Below, piece by piece: positions 36,846-46,596 of a stretch of DNA of 64,000 bases. Source of the stretch: Polyangiaceae bacterium (lineage in GTDB: Bacteria > Myxococcota_A > Polyangia > Polyangiales > Polyangiaceae). A model generated the notes under the pieces. That model had not been told where the DNA came from. It saw only the letters and a program-made list of their open reading frames with translations, and searched no databases. Position 1 is the first letter of the stretch. Each line of letters opens with the position of its first letter. The stretch spans positions 32,001 through 96,000 of the forward strand of contig JANRKO010000062.1 of NCBI GenBank assembly GCA_033763455.1. The letters run 5' to 3'. Made by a program: the position numbers and the translations under genes.

Positions 36846-39395
36846 CTAATTGCCCAGGTGGATAAGGCTTAGAAGGGGTCGCCCGGCAGTCCGGGAAGCG
36901 ACTAAATCGACGCGCACTGTGAAACGCCAGTCGTTGGTCTCTTCGGGATCGCAGAGAATTTGCTCGATTTGCCATGCGCCGTCGAGCTTCTGGATGCGAG
37001 TGTTGAGAGGATGGCGCGCGCTCGGATCCGTGCGCAAAGTGCCGTGTTCGGCCCAAAACGCTTGCAAAGCCGCTTCCAACTTTGCGGGGGAAAAGCTCCC
37101 TTCTCCGGGTTCAAGCAGGGCAGCGGCGCCCGCGTAATCTTGACGCGCCAGGGCTCGCACGACCGAAAATACCGCGTTCCGGACTAGAACCGTGAAAGCC
37201 TTCGGATCTCGCGTAACATCAGCCGTGTCGATGGGTTGCTCGAGGCGCTCTTCGACGGTTTGAATTTTGCCCTCGCGCTGGCGCTCCCATTCGTCCAGCA
37301 AGCTGGAGTCAACCGCGCGCACCATAATGCCAAAGTAGGTCACGATGTCGTCAACAGCTTCGTTGCGAGCATTGAGTGGCACGCTGCGTACCAGTGCCTT
37401 GTACACCTCCGAGAGGTAACGAAGCAACAGGCCCTCGGCGCGCTCCATGCCGTACTCTTTGATATAGTCGGAGAATGAGAGGAGGTTTTCGTACATCTCT
37501 CGGGCCACTGATTTGGGGCGCACATTCTCCGAGCCTATCCACGGGTGTTCCTTCGCAAATGCGTTGAAGGTGTCGTAGATGAAGTCGCGATTGGGCTTTG
37601 GGTACTCTACCTCCTCAAGCCTGGCGATGCGCTCTTCGTATTCCACGCCCTGTGCTTTGAGCTCGGCCATCAGTGCCGTCTTCAGTTTATCCACCTGCCG
37701 CATGAGCACAAAATCAGGATTTTCGAGGATGGATTCCACGAGGCTGAGCACATCCAAACCGTAGCCGGGATCTTCTGGATCCAGCAGCTTGAGAGCGGTC
37801 ATCAAGTACAAACCTAGCGTTTGATTCAGCGAAAAATCGTCCTGAAGATCCAGGTTGACGATGATCTGCTTTTCTTCGGTAACCTCGAGCACCTGCGCCT
37901 GAAGTAAGGAATCGAGTAAAACCTTTGCGGTCTTAGCGGCGCTGCGTTTCTCGACACGGCGCCCGTGGGAACGATGAATTAGTCGCGCAAGCGCGCGGCA
38001 CCCGCCTTCCTGCGACAGGACATTGATCAACATGCCGTGGGTCACGGAAAACCGAGAGGTAAGTGGCTCGGGTGGCGAAGATACAAGCCGATCAAACGTG
38101 GCACGGTCCCAGTGCACGTAGCCGCGCTCGGGGGGCTTCTTCTTGACGACCTTCTTCTTCTTGCCTTCGCCGCTATTTTTTGCGTCTAGACGCAAGTTCT
38201 CAATAACGTGTTCGGGGGCCTGCACCACAACGCTACCGTGATCATCAAAACCCTTTCTGCCGGCACGCCCACTGATCTGTTGAAAATCCCGCACGCTCAA
38301 AATAGCGGTTTTCTCGCCATCGAACTTGCAAAGGCCGGTAAATAGCACCGTTCGGATCGGGATGTTCACGCCAACGCCCAGCGTGTCCGTCCCACAAATA
38401 ACCTTCAATAGCCCCGTCTGCGCGAGGCGTTCCACGATCAATCGATACTTTGGCAGCAAGCCCGCATGGTGAACACCGATGCCGTGGCGCAAGAACTTCT
38501 GGAACTCTTTGCCGTAGGGGCTCGCCCAGCGGACACCCAAAAGAGCGTCATGAATTTTGCGTTTGTCTTCCTTGGAAGAAAAATCGCTGCTCATCAGGTT
38601 CTGCGCGAATTCCGCGCAAGCGCGCTGCGTGAACGCCACGAGGTAAATGGGGTACCGCGACGTCTGAACCAACTCCTGGATCGTCTCGTGGAGCGGGGTC
38701 TGGCGGTAATCGTAATCGAGCGGAACAGGGCGCACCGAGGAATGGATCGCGGCGGTCTCCCGCCCGTTCCGACGGGTGAGCTCAGCCTGGAAAAACTCCG
38801 TGGGCCCAAGCGTGGCGGACATGAGCAGGAAGGTGGCTTGCGGCAAGCTAAGGAGCGGCACCTGCCACGCGGTGCCTCGGTCGCGATCGGAGTAGTAGTG
38901 AAATTCATCCATCACCACGGCTCCCACATCGGCACGGCCTCCCTCTCGAAGCGCGATATTAGCCAGGATCTCAGCCGTACAACAAATGATGGGGGCGCTT
39001 GGATTTACGCTCGCATCCCCCGTCATCAGCCCAACATTCTCGGAGCCGAACGCTTTGGAGAGTGCAAAAAACTTCTCGTTCACCAGTGCCTTGATCGGGC
39101 ATGTATAAAATGAACGTTGATCGAGGGCCATCGCGCGAAAGTGCAGCGCGGTGGCCACCAAGGATTTACCCGAACCCGTGGGTGTCGAAAGGATCAGATT
39201 CTTACCGGCAAAGATCTCAAGAATTGCTTCTTCTTGGGCTGGGTAAAGTTCGAGGCCAATGCCCTTCACGTACTCAAGGAATGGCTCAAGCAAGGCGTCG
39301 CCTGGTGGATCCGGGTTCTCGGGATCTGCGAACCCCGGATACTCCGCTGCCAGTTGATCGAGGTGTAGTTCTAAGGGTGCGCGTTCAGAGGTCAT
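36846..39395 (-). CDS. Ski2/HelY-like DEAD/DEAH helicase with DUF3516
   Basis: [41 protein letters not shown] and [10 protein letters not shown]. Confidence 0.9.
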   Translation of the reverse strand: MTSERAPLELHLDQLAAEYPGFADPENPDPPGDALLEPFLEYVKGIGLELYPAQEEAILEIFAGKNLILSTPTGSGKSLVATALHFRAMALDQRSFYTCPIKALVNEKFFALSKAFGSENVGLMTGDASVNPSAPIICCTAEILANIALREGGRADVGAVVMDEFHYYSDRDRGTAWQVPLLSLPQATFLLMSATLGPTEFFQAELTRRNGRETAAIHSSVRPVPLDYDYRQTPLHETIQELVQTSRYPIYLVAFTQRACAEFAQNLMSSDFSSKEDKRKIHDALLGVRWASPYGKEFQKFLRHGIGVHHAGLLPKYRLIVERLAQTGLLKVICGTDTLGVGVNIPIRTVLFTGLCKFDGEKTAILSVRDFQQISGRAGRKGFDDHGSVVVQAPEHVIENLRLDAKNSGEGKKKKVVKKKPPERGYVHWDRATFDRLVSSPPEPLTSRFSVTHGMLINVLSQEGGCRALARLIHRSHGRRVEKRSAAKTAKVLLDSLLQAQVLEVTEEKQIIVNLDLQDDFSLNQTLGLYLMTALKLLDPEDPGYGLDVLSLVESILENPDFVLMRQVDKLKTALMAELKAQGVEYEERIARLEEVEYPKPNRDFIYDTFNAFAKEHPWIGSENVRPKSVAREMYENLLSFSDYIKEYGMERAEGLLLRYLSEVYKALVRSVPLNARNEAVDDIVTYFGIMVRAVDSSLLDEWERQREGKIQTVEERLEQPIDTADVTRDPKAFTVLVRNAVFSVVRALARQDYAGAAALLEPGEGSFSPAKLEAALQAFWAEHGTLRTDPSARHPLNTRIQKLDGAWQIEQILCDPEETNDWRFTVRVDLVASRTAGRPLLSLIHLGN

Positions 39396-39520
39396 GCACA
39401 AATTGGCTTTCGGGCGCGAGCGCGGACCGTTGCTCACAACATCGAGAGGTGCAAGTGGCCGAGCAGCCGTCGCTCACCTCGGGCCGTGGCGGCGCAAGGC
39501 ATTGCGAGCTCTAAGTGAGA

Positions 39521-39538
39521 TACTTAGCATGCTAAGTA
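39521..39538. promoter_or_regulatory. Perfect 18-bp palindrome, putative transcription-factor operator
   Basis: TACTTAGCATGCTAAGTA, AT-rich, intergenic, upstream of the DUF3516 helicase. Confidence 0.55.
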
Positions 39539-39602
39539 CTCCTGCGTCCGAGAAGAAGGCTCGTGCGGTGCTAATCCCTCATGTAAGGAACAGTTCAAAT
39601 GT

Positions 39603-40613
39603 TTACACTTGCCAGGCGCCGTTTTGGAACACAATACGTTGATCAAGCCTTACCGTGTTTGCAGCCGCGAAAACGTCCACGTGGTGTTTTCCCGCGCGCC
39701 GACCAAAGCCGGGCTTCACGTAGATAGCGTGTTTGGCCCCCAGCGAAAGGTGGATACCGCACATGCGTTCATAGGTTCCAACGTCGGAAACTAGCCGCTC
39801 AGGAGTGAACGCTCTGTTCATTCCGAAGCCAAGCTCTCGGAGCCACACTTCGCCTTCATCTGCTCGAATGCGTGCCAGGACTTCTTCGAATTCCGGGGTG
39901 GAGTGCTCGGCCGCAGTTACTCTACCTGCTTCAACAATGAGGGTGATCGGTGTCGGCGGCTTATTGACCTGAAACGCAACGTCGGCAAAAGCAAACGTGC
40001 GCACGCGACCATTCACACGTTCGAGATCTTTGGATTCCGTGAAGACCTCCCCGATAGGGAATTGGCCGCCGATATTGGCCATCCCCGTGTAATCCCCCAC
40101 ATTCAATTTGGCAGGCTCGAAGCCGGCTGGAAAGATCAGCTCTTCACCGCCGCTTTCCACCACGCACACTTCCGCGCTGTCGATATGCGCTTTAAGCTTT
40201 CTGCCGACTCCACGATAGTATTGCGGATCATAGGCTAGCGACTCGATATACGTGAGGGCCGCTTCTCCCGTCATACGGTAAAGATGCGGATGCTCAATCA
40301 CCTTGAGTTTGCGCTTAAAGAGCTCAACCCGCACCCGATAGGCATCTAGTCGAAAGCTCGTGGATTGGATTAAGATCGCAAGATCGAGAGGGGCGAGCTG
40401 GTTAAAAACCTCCAGAATGAACTCGGGGGTTGCCTGGTCGAAGTCGATAAGCCGCGCCTGCGGTAACGCTTGGCGGTACGCATCGTAGAGGATGATGGAG
40501 AGCTCGGACCGTAGGTCGTAGACGATGACAGCTTCGTGAGCGGGGGAATGCTCAAAGGCAATCGCCAGAATGTCTTCGATGTGCTTTTGGGCGCTTTTTG
40601 TTCTTGCGGTCAA
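39603..40613 (-). CDS. Aminopeptidase-like protein (thermophilic metalloprotease M29-like fold)
   Basis: GQFPIGEVF, ELGFGMN, ERMCGIHLSLG and HVDV. TTG start. Confidence 0.65.
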   Translation of the reverse strand: MTARTKSAQKHIEDILAIAFEHSPAHEAVIVYDLRSELSIILYDAYRQALPQARLIDFDQATPEFILEVFNQLAPLDLAILIQSTSFRLDAYRVRVELFKRKLKVIEHPHLYRMTGEAALTYIESLAYDPQYYRGVGRKLKAHIDSAEVCVVESGGEELIFPAGFEPAKLNVGDYTGMANIGGQFPIGEVFTESKDLERVNGRVRTFAFADVAFQVNKPPTPITLIVEAGRVTAAEHSTPEFEEVLARIRADEGEVWLRELGFGMNRAFTPERLVSDVGTYERMCGIHLSLGAKHAIYVKPGFGRRAGKHHVDVFAAANTVRLDQRIVFQNGAWQV

Positions 40614-40889
40614 TGGTCTGGCTCTTTGGCACTTCGGCGTGTTTCATACTCCGAGCGGCAGGTGCGCTGGGGTAGAGCGCAGGGTGCTAGGCGCGTGAGC
40701 GACGCGCAAGAGCCCATGTGGGCGGGGGCATGAACCAGGCGTAAACACTTGTTGCGCCAGAGGTGGTAGGGAACCATCCATGGGCTAGGTGGGGCTTTTC
40801 TGCTGTCCGAGCGCTAGTGCACGGCAGCGCCGCGCGCGTCCTGGCCTCGTGGGCGCCCCAAGGGACCCGTTTCGACGACACACACCGTT

Positions 40890-41063
40890 TTACGCGATCA
40901 AGTTAACGTTGCGACCCAAGTGCTGCTGAACCGGAAGAGCGGGCTTGGCTGATTGGATCAACTCAAGCTGTTGCTGCCCTTCAGTCCGGATCGCATTCAA
41001 CGTACGGGCCGCCATGATGGCGCCGATCTCTGTACTAGCGGTGAGGTTATTATTCACGGGCAT
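40890..41063 (-). CDS. Small YjfB-like ('putative motility protein') polypeptide
   Basis: 57 aa; amphipathic AARTLNAIRTEGQQQLELIQS followed by HLGRNVNLIA, resembling the YjfB C-terminus. Confidence 0.55.
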   Translation of the reverse strand: MPVNNNLTASTEIGAIMAARTLNAIRTEGQQQLELIQSAKPALPVQQHLGRNVNLIA

Positions 41064-41318
41064 AGGGTGTACCTTCGGCGGCACTTGTTTGGCCAAGCAC
41101 CGTCCTCCTCCACGAACGGCCAGCGGTCCGGGAGTCTTGAACGGAAATGCTCCCAAGCGGTGACGCGAGCGCCGCGTTCGCCTCAGGTAGGTGCTCACAG
41201 GCCGAAATCTCAGGCCTTTGCTTGGTGTTCCGTGGGAAGCCTGGTAAGTCTGCCGAGCGCTGCGGTGAGAGTGCCCCGCGTGTCAAATTGGGACTGGCGC
41301 TCAGAGTTCTTGGTACGC

Positions 41319-41936
41319 ATGCGAAATTTAATCCGAAACGCCACTATCCGAACTCTTACAGCCACACTTTCACTGGTTCTTTTCGCGGGGTGCGAAGAGG
41401 AGAAACCAGCCGCCCAGGCGCCTGCTGCCGCCGCCACGCCCTCTGCGGCACCGACTCCTACACCCACGCCCACTGAGGAACCGGCGCCGGCCAAGCCCGC
41501 TCGCCCCGAAAAAATCGATCAAACCCTCACTGATGAACGCCGTGCAGCGATCGAAAGCAAATATCCTGACGCCAAAGGCTTTCTGTCAGCCGCTGAAGTG
41601 GAAGGAAAGCTTCAGAAGAACAAAGCTCTGAAGGACGAGAAAACGGCGCGGGCGGCGTTTGACAAGTTGGTTAAGGGCAAGTGGATCTTGTTTTCTGGCA
41701 ATGCCGTGAACCTGACCGCGCAAGGATTTGATATGGGGATCGTCTACACTCCACTTATTCCTGGGGACACGATCGGGATCAGCAAGCAATGGTTCCCCGT
41801 CACGTTGAGCGCCGTAGAAGGCTACAAAGAAGACGCCTTCAAGGTCGGCGACGTGTCGGTGGTGCTCGTGAAGTACACCGGGGCCGGCAAGGCTAGCCCT
41901 GGCTATGAACTCGTTGCGACGGGCGCCTGGAAGTAA
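41319..41936 (+). CDS. Hypothetical lipoprotein with Pro/Ala linker
   Basis: Lipobox FAGC followed by PTPTPTPT linker and a globular domain. Confidence 0.7.
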   Translation: MRNLIRNATIRTLTATLSLVLFAGCEEEKPAAQAPAAAATPSAAPTPTPTPTEEPAPAKPARPEKIDQTLTDERRAAIESKYPDAKGFLSAAEVEGKLQKNKALKDEKTARAAFDKLVKGKWILFSGNAVNLTAQGFDMGIVYTPLIPGDTIGISKQWFPVTLSAVEGYKEDAFKVGDVSVVLVKYTGAGKASPGYELVATGAWK

Positions 41937-41941
41937 GCCGC

Positions 41942-41989
41942 CTCAAAGCCAGCCCAATATTGCCACTCAAAGCCAGCCCAATATTCCCA
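41942..41989. repeat. 24-bp tandem duplication of the 3' end of the OM barrel gene
   Basis: CTCAAAGCCAGCCCAATATTGCCA / CTCAAAGCCAGCCCAATATTCCCA, one mismatch. Confidence 0.9.
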
Positions 41990-42608
41990 CCTGAATGAGA
42001 CCAATCGTCTGGTAGTGGCGCATGACGCGATTCGGGCCGGAGTCTACCGCGCCTGAGAAATCGACGTCCAGAGTCGGACCGAACACAATGCCGAAGTGCT
42101 CCGCGGGCGTGAGAACGAAGGTGGGCTCAGCCGTGAGCCCAAGGCCGTTCTCATTTCCCGGATCGGTTGAGTGGTACGTGAAGCCCCCGCGTAACCAGAA
42201 GCTAAACGCAGTGCTAATGGGCCAAAGGTAGCCGACTCTTGGCGCGAAGACGATACTCTCGGTGCTACTGCTGCGCCGTCCGTCGTTGTCGTCCATAGAG
42301 ACATTCGCAAACCCCAGTGATCCGCCGAGGCTAAGCTGCTCGGTGACAAACACATCAACCGCCGCACGTGGCACTTCGTACGGCGAGATATTGGTTCGAC
42401 CGCTCCAGCCGAATCCAATACGTGTCGAGTCGAACACATCATCGGGTTGCCCCGGGCGCCCGGTGATTTGCTTGGAGAATGAAACTCCAAACAGGCGATC
42501 GCCCGAGAACACAACATCCAGCGGTTTTCCGAGGGTCTGCGCACGTGCTTCAGGGGCAGCCGCAAAGCCAATGAGTCCACATGCCGCCGCGACGAGTGTG
42601 TTTTTCAT
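41967..42608 (-). CDS. Outer-membrane beta-barrel protein (OmpA-like, myxobacterial type)
   Basis: Signal peptide (AxA), DRLFG, LSLGGSLG, FAPRVGY and terminal GILGWL. Confidence 0.75.
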   Translation of the reverse strand: MKNTLVAAACGLIGFAAAPEARAQTLGKPLDVVFSGDRLFGVSFSKQITGRPGQPDDVFDSTRIGFGWSGRTNISPYEVPRAAVDVFVTEQLSLGGSLGFANVSMDDNDGRRSSSTESIVFAPRVGYLWPISTAFSFWLRGGFTYHSTDPGNENGLGLTAEPTFVLTPAEHFGIVFGPTLDVDFSGAVDSGPNRVMRHYQTIGLIQVGILGWL

Positions 42609-42847
42609 AAGCTGGATCTTCCGCACTTCGACTCCAGACGCAAGGCTAAGCTGCTTCATGGTGGGGGGGCTTTGCCGCCTTCATCCTCGGCTTCGGCTTC
42701 GGCTAGCTTTTGCTCCACCTCGGCCACGTGTGCCGGAGGGAGGGCAGCGCGCATTTCGCCGAGTGCACGGCGGGCCTCACGGAGCTTGAGAGCGCCGCGA
42801 TCGAAGTCGATACAAATCAGGCACATGAAGGCAGGCTAGCAGGTATT

Positions 42848-44488
42848 GTGGCGCACGTGGAACCCCGCCAACGTTCCGAGCTCACGCTCCGCCCGTATCA
42901 AAAAGAAGCGCTGAGCGCTGTTTTGGCGGCCCGCCGGAGTGGGGTGCGGCGCATGCTCGTGTGTTTGCCCACGGGTTCGGGCAAAACTGTGATTTTCTCA
43001 GAACTGGCTAAGCTTGCCCAGCGTCAGGTTTTGGTCCTTGCCCACCGTGAGGAGCTCCTTGAGCAGGCCCGCGAGAAGCTCGAACGCGCGTTGGATGGGG
43101 CGGGCATCGTCGCGATCGAACGGGGGGAGCAACGGGCAGGCAAGAACGCCAAGGTGCTCGTTTGCTCGATTCGCTCGCTGCACGAGGCTCGGCTTGCGCA
43201 GGTGCTGGAAGGCAGGGATTTTGGCCTCGTGATTTACGACGAGTGCCATCACGCCGCTGCGGCCGACAATCGGCGCGTGTTGCAACAGCTCGGCGCGTTC
43301 GACTCACAATGGACAGGAACGCTACTTGGTTTTACGGCAACCACTTCGCGCGGCGATGGACAAGGCCTGGATGAGATTTTTGAGCGCATTGTCTACTCGC
43401 GTTCTTTGCCCGAAATGATCGAAGATGGCTTCCTGACGCCCCTCCGAGGCTATCGGATTTCCACTTCGGCAGATCTTAGGCGGCTCAGCGGGAGCGGTCT
43501 GGATTTCGGTGAGGATGAGCTCGCGGAGGCGGTTGATATTGAGGAGCGGAATGCGCTTGTGGCGCGGTCCATTCAGGAGCTTGCGCGCGACCGCAGGACG
43601 ATTGTTTTCTGCGTAACCGTCCAGCACGCGATGCACTTGGCCCAGGCCATGAACGCGGTGGGTGTACGTACCGGCATCGTGCATGGTGCTATGCCGCGTG
43701 ATCTAAGAAAAGAAACGCTGGCTCAGTTTAGAAGTGGGTTCTTTCAGGCCATCACCAATGTCGGAGTTTTGACCGAAGGTTTTGATGATCCGGAAGTTTC
43801 ATGCGTTGCGATGGCGCGCCCAACGCGGTCAGCGGGCCTCTATGCCCAGTGCGTTGGGCGAGGGACCCGCCCCTATCCGGGCAAGGCCAACTGTTTGATT
43901 TTGGATTTTGTGGACCTTTCGACCCTGAGCCTGTGCACGTTGCCCTCTCTGTTCGGTACGCCCTACGAGCTCGACCTTCGTGGTGGGGATGCCAACGAAG
44001 CTCGCAAGGTGTGGCTTCAGATCCAGATGGATCATCCGGGTTTTGAACTAGAAGCGGGGGCCCTCACGCTTTCGGAGATAAAGGCGCGAGCGGCAAGCTT
44101 TGATCCGCTAACCCTCGCCGTGAACGATGAAGTGTTGGCTATCTCTGGCAACGCTTGGTTTTCCTTGGGGCGCTACGGGGTAGGTCTCCACTTTGAGCGC
44201 CAACCTGGCCGCGCAAGCGAGGCTTTGGTCTTGAAGCGCGGGCATCGAGGCAAGGCTTGGGAAGTTACGCTCGATGGCCGAGTCATGAGTCGGTTTTCTC
44301 GCTTGGAAGAGGCCGTGGAAGCTGTAGATTACGAACTCGGGCGCATGGGGAGGCACGCTTTGGTGTCAGCGCGGCCGGGAGCAGCCTGGCGTAGCGGCAA
44401 AGCCGATGATGTGCTTGTTCTTCGCGCCTGGCAGAGAATTAACGGTGGCGCACCAGTGAAGGGTCCGAGGGCGGGGGCGGGCACGTGA
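42848..44488 (+). CDS. SF2 DEAD/DEAH helicase (Irc3/RadD-like)
   Basis: LRPYQ, LPTGSGKT, DECHH, GFTAT, VLTEGFD, RPTRS..LY.Q.VGRG.R. Start is uncertain. Confidence 0.88.
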   Translation: MAHVEPRQRSELTLRPYQKEALSAVLAARRSGVRRMLVCLPTGSGKTVIFSELAKLAQRQVLVLAHREELLEQAREKLERALDGAGIVAIERGEQRAGKNAKVLVCSIRSLHEARLAQVLEGRDFGLVIYDECHHAAAADNRRVLQQLGAFDSQWTGTLLGFTATTSRGDGQGLDEIFERIVYSRSLPEMIEDGFLTPLRGYRISTSADLRRLSGSGLDFGEDELAEAVDIEERNALVARSIQELARDRRTIVFCVTVQHAMHLAQAMNAVGVRTGIVHGAMPRDLRKETLAQFRSGFFQAITNVGVLTEGFDDPEVSCVAMARPTRSAGLYAQCVGRGTRPYPGKANCLILDFVDLSTLSLCTLPSLFGTPYELDLRGGDANEARKVWLQIQMDHPGFELEAGALTLSEIKARAASFDPLTLAVNDEVLAISGNAWFSLGRYGVGLHFERQPGRASEALVLKRGHRGKAWEVTLDGRVMSRFSRLEEAVEAVDYELGRMGRHALVSARPGAAWRSGKADDVLVLRAWQRINGGAPVKGPRAGAGT

Positions 44489-45252
44489 GCCTCGGGAGGC
44501 GCAAGGCGCAACTTCTGGACCCCCAAGCGTGGGTGTTCAATCGCATGGCAGATGTCTACGGTGCGCGCCCCGAATATCCAATGGATCTGCTGGAGGCGGT
44601 CGGCGCACTGGCAGGGGAAGAGGGCGCTCGGGTCATCGATCTTGGTGCGGGGATTGGGCACGTGGCCTTGCCGCTTGCGGAGCAAGGCCTCGACGTTGTC
44701 GCGGTGGAGCCAGCCGAAGCGATGCTGGAACGATTAAAAACGCGGGCTGTCGCACGGGGGATTTCTATCAAGGCACTTCACGCGACAGCTGAAGCTCTGC
44801 CGCTTCCGAGCGGCTCCGCCGATTTGATCGTGATCGCGGACGCTCTGCACTTTCTGGATGTGACACTCTCGGCCGGAGAAGTGGCACGTGTGCTCGCTCC
44901 GCGGGGCGCTCTGGCCATCATTACTAGCGAATTTAGCGACACCGCCTGGATGCGGGGGCTCACCCAACTGATGGAGGAAGCAGCACCGCGCCGTCCGCGA
45001 CAGGTGAGCTCGGCGATCACGCAGATGTTCAGAATGTCACGAATTTCAGCCGTCAATGTGCGAGAATATGCAGACGAGACGCCGGTGGATTCGAGCACGT
45101 TGGAGGAAATTTTGCGTTCAATTTCCTTCATTGGCCCGGCGATGAATCCCGAACGCTTCGAACGTTTTCGCACGCGCGTGCACGCTCTCGTGGAGGAGCC
45201 AGTCTGGGCTCGCCGGTTCACGCTGTATTCTGGGCGGCAGACGAGGGCGTAA
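44485..45252 (+). CDS. Class I SAM-dependent methyltransferase
   Basis: Y..RP.YP, VIDLGAGIG, VAVEP...ML and ATAEALPL. Confidence 0.88.
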   Translation: MSLGRRKAQLLDPQAWVFNRMADVYGARPEYPMDLLEAVGALAGEEGARVIDLGAGIGHVALPLAEQGLDVVAVEPAEAMLERLKTRAVARGISIKALHATAEALPLPSGSADLIVIADALHFLDVTLSAGEVARVLAPRGALAIITSEFSDTAWMRGLTQLMEEAAPRRPRQVSSAITQMFRMSRISAVNVREYADETPVDSSTLEEILRSISFIGPAMNPERFERFRTRVHALVEEPVWARRFTLYSGRQTRA

Positions 45253-45269
45253 GCTTCCTATTCGCCCGC

Positions 45270-45812
45270 TTAACGTGGCGGCCGGCGCGCAAACTGGAGT
45301 TCATCGCGCGGGATTTCGTCGATCCAACCAGCTTTCGCGTCTGGAAAAGCATCTGCGTAGGGAATGTACGGTTTGATATCCAGGATGGGTGTTCCGTTCA
45401 GTAAATCGATGCCGAGCACACGCAGGTTACAACCATCGACGCTCAGTAATTGAACCGCCGAGAGGCCGAGCGGATTCGGTCTGTCCGGAGAACGCGTGGC
45501 GAACACGCCTCTTGGGGTGCGTTTGCCGCGTGGCGGTCGAACCTGTGGCGCCCAGCTGCCGCCACGATCGAGCCAGCTTAAGATCCAGATGCGCTCAATG
45601 CCATTCAGATCAGCAAGGGCTTCGGGTGGGATGCGAGTTGGATCGAGTTCGAGTGTCGCTTCGGAGTGCGAATCGATGGCGCTAGCTTGCTGAGGTGTGC
45701 CAAAGCGTCGAACATAGGGAGAGCGGACCCAGCCCACAGGTTCGAGATGAAATGGCCCAAGTTGGCGGGGGACCTCTGGGGGCATGCACCGTGCCATAGC
45801 CGATCCGGCCAC
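45270..45812 (-). CDS. tsaA: tRNA t6A37 N6-methyltransferase TrmO
   Basis: VRPPR, GVFATRSP.RPNPLGLS and DLLNGTPILDIKPYIP. Confidence 0.9.
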   Translation of the reverse strand: MAGSAMARCMPPEVPRQLGPFHLEPVGWVRSPYVRRFGTPQQASAIDSHSEATLELDPTRIPPEALADLNGIERIWILSWLDRGGSWAPQVRPPRGKRTPRGVFATRSPDRPNPLGLSAVQLLSVDGCNLRVLGIDLLNGTPILDIKPYIPYADAFPDAKAGWIDEIPRDELQFARRPPR

Positions 45813-45896
45813 TTCGCGAGAAGGCCTTGCCGATCTGCTCGACGCTTCCTGCCGCGGAAGCTAGGGTCCAAAGGTGCCTACACACCGGAGCCCCCA

Positions 45897-46562
45897 ATGA
45901 AACCTTGGATCGAACTCGATCGAGCCACGGTTCCAGGTGGTGGCATTTTATCCCTACATCAACACGACACCGAGCTCACCATTCGCATTGATGGCCATGA
46001 GCTGATGGGCACACGGCGCCACGCTTCAGAAGAGCGGCTAGCTGAGGCGGCGCTCAACGAGAAGACACCGAAAGACGCTCGCGTGCTGATCGGTGGTTTG
46101 GGTATTGGGTACACAATCCGGGCGACGCTCGATAGGGTTGGTCCACGCGCTCGGGTGGACGTGGCGGAGCTCGTGCCCGCGGTTGTGCGATGGAATCGGG
46201 GAATTTTGGCACCATTTGCGGGGAGGCCATTGGAAGACCGACGCGTGCACGTGATCGAGCGTGATGTCGCCGACATTTTGCGTGAATCGAAGGCCCTCTA
46301 CGACGCGATCTTGCTCGATACCGACAACGGCCCCGCCGCTCTAACGGTGGCGTCGAACAAGAGCCTGTACAATGCAGGGGGGCTTGCGGTTGCTGTCAAA
46401 GCTTTGCGTCCGAAGGGCGTCTTGGCGGTCTGGTCCGCTTCGGATGAGCCAAGTTTCACTGCACGGCTCCAGCGTTGCGGATTCAACGTTACTATTGAGC
46501 GCCCTGCCGCTCACGGCACGCGCGGTTTGCGGCACTTTTTGTGGTTAGCTCAGCGCCGCTAG
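45897..46562 (+). CDS. Spermidine-synthase-like SAM methyltransferase
   Basis: MKPW..LD, ELM....ASEE.LA, VLIGGLG.GYT, DAILLD.DNGP and LAVWS. Confidence 0.85.
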   Translation: MKPWIELDRATVPGGGILSLHQHDTELTIRIDGHELMGTRRHASEERLAEAALNEKTPKDARVLIGGLGIGYTIRATLDRVGPRARVDVAELVPAVVRWNRGILAPFAGRPLEDRRVHVIERDVADILRESKALYDAILLDTDNGPAALTVASNKSLYNAGGLAVAVKALRPKGVLAVWSASDEPSFTARLQRCGFNVTIERPAAHGTRGLRHFLWLAQRR

Positions 46563-46596
46563 GGTGCTTTAGATGCTACGCCTTCAGCTGAGGGCA

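Noticed and set aside
40620..40889. Possible structured ncRNA (AGCCCATG/CATGGGCT, GCGCGT/ACGCGC stems)
   Set aside because: Short GC-rich stems with no recognisable family motif; not distinguishable from chance.
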